From positions 33,540,708-33,592,075 of the forward strand of contig NC_068987.1 in assembly GCF_001194135.2 (NCBI RefSeq): DNA of 51,368 bases, read 5' to 3'. Shown here piece after piece: positions 50,434 through 51,368 of this stretch (position 1 is the first letter of the stretch; each line of letters opens with the position of its first letter). Position numbers and translations under genes: made by a program. The notes beneath the pieces are model-generated. The model saw nothing but the letters and a program-made list of their open reading frames with translations, had not been told where the DNA came from and did no database searches. The stretch is from Octopus bimaculoides (Eukaryota).

Positions 50434-50897
50434 CAGATGATTATCTGGAGTCTGCCTCGACTTGGCGTTGCAGGTCAATTATGAAGTAATTGTTTTTTCC
50501 CATGAGGTGAGCATATATTGTGGCATTACTGTGTCTTGCATGCATCCATCGTGTACTGCCAGTGAATGTTGTTAGAATTACCTCTCCAGCTCGCCATATT
50601 TCTGGAACCGTCATCACCGGATAATAGGTTATTATGAAGGTTTGTATTATCGTCGGCACTGAGCTCCTTTCCCTGGCGACAAATGTAATGATCTATCTCT
50701 GCTTTCAAATTCATGTAAAACAGAGGCTGTTGAAAGAGCCTCTGCCTTAACAGGGTATCGTTGTCGCTCTCATTTTACATCTGCTAAGCAGACCGATTGC
50801 AGATATGAGTAGCATATGGGAACCGGTATTAAGGAAGGATAGGAAAATATTATATTTACAAACCTTGAAATTCATTCCATAATTGCCCACGGGCATA

Positions 50898-50955
50898 TGG
50901 CGTAGCGGTTAAGATGGCGGGCTACTAACCTCAGGATTTCGATTCCAGACAATGA

Positions 50956-51002
<47 letters not shown>

Positions 51003-51138
51003 GCATCGAAAAATACCTTAGAAATGAGAACCCAGGTACGAAATTTCCCCAAGACACCTGATGAAGGCTGGAAGGTATATCAGCTTAAACGTTGTGTTAA
51101 CAACAAACAAGATGAGGACAAATATCTGTTAAATGTAA
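50898..51138 (+). mobile_element. tRNA-headed SINE-like element with (AAT)n spacer and hammerhead motif (core G12 mutated)
   Basis: A-box TGGCGTAGCGG 50898-908; B-box-like TTTCGATTCC to 50946; (AAT)n 50961-51001; hammerhead 51053-51098: GACAC-CUGAUGA-AGGCUG...CAGCU-UAAAC-GUU-GUGUU. Confidence 0.65.
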
Positions 51139-51368
51139 GTTCAAAAGTTCAAAAGTTTTATCTGATTTCAAAATTCTAAGCCTGGCTTTAATTTCTTTTC
51201 CTGTAAAAACCTGTTGCTCAGTTTTTAAGCAGACATGAACGCATGATTACAGACACAACGAGGTGTCTGCTTTATGTTATAAAATCTGAAATTGAAAAAT
51301 TATTTTACGAAGATTCATTTGCTCGTCATTTTAAAGGTCCTAATAAACATTATGTCATACAAACATTT

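Noticed and set aside
50716-50745. 8-bp hairpin CAGAGGCT/AGCCTCTG as a ribozyme stem or terminator
   Set aside because: No flanking CUGANGA/GAAA on either strand, and isolated short hairpins are common.
50898-50960. Functional tRNA gene
   Set aside because: B-box and T-arm are degraded, there is no acceptor stem, and it runs into (AAT)n. Treated as a SINE head.
111-51057. The many ORF-track entries made of CV/HT/YI/LS repeats or X runs
   Set aside because: They are translations of microsatellites and N-gaps, not proteins.

Overview
AT-rich animal genomic DNA from a gapped draft assembly. The repeat content (dense (TA)n/(CA)n/(TAGA)n tracts beside N-gaps, tRNA-derived SINEs) is what I would expect of an octopod cephalopod, but that is inference. 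Nearly all ORF-track entries are microsatellite or N artefacts. Real content: (1) a few candidate + strand exons of an unidentified intron-rich gene (best one 9259-9460); (2) decayed transposons: two head-to-tail L1/Tx1-type LINEs, two CR1-type 3' fragments, two DD37D (maT) Tc1/mariner copies, a hAT-like transposase remnant, a Penelope RT fragment, a Tigger-like MITE and many SINEs. The most interesting signals are RNA-level. There is a type I hammerhead ribozyme with a complete catalytic core at 41809-41900 and a tRNA-headed (Pol III-type) element carrying a hammerhead at 50898-51138. Two SINE types also share 3' tails with LINEs present in the same window (CR1-type and L1/Tx1-type). I cannot show that any of these is undescribed. 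No intact protein-coding novel system, CRISPR array, rRNA or functional tRNA was seen.
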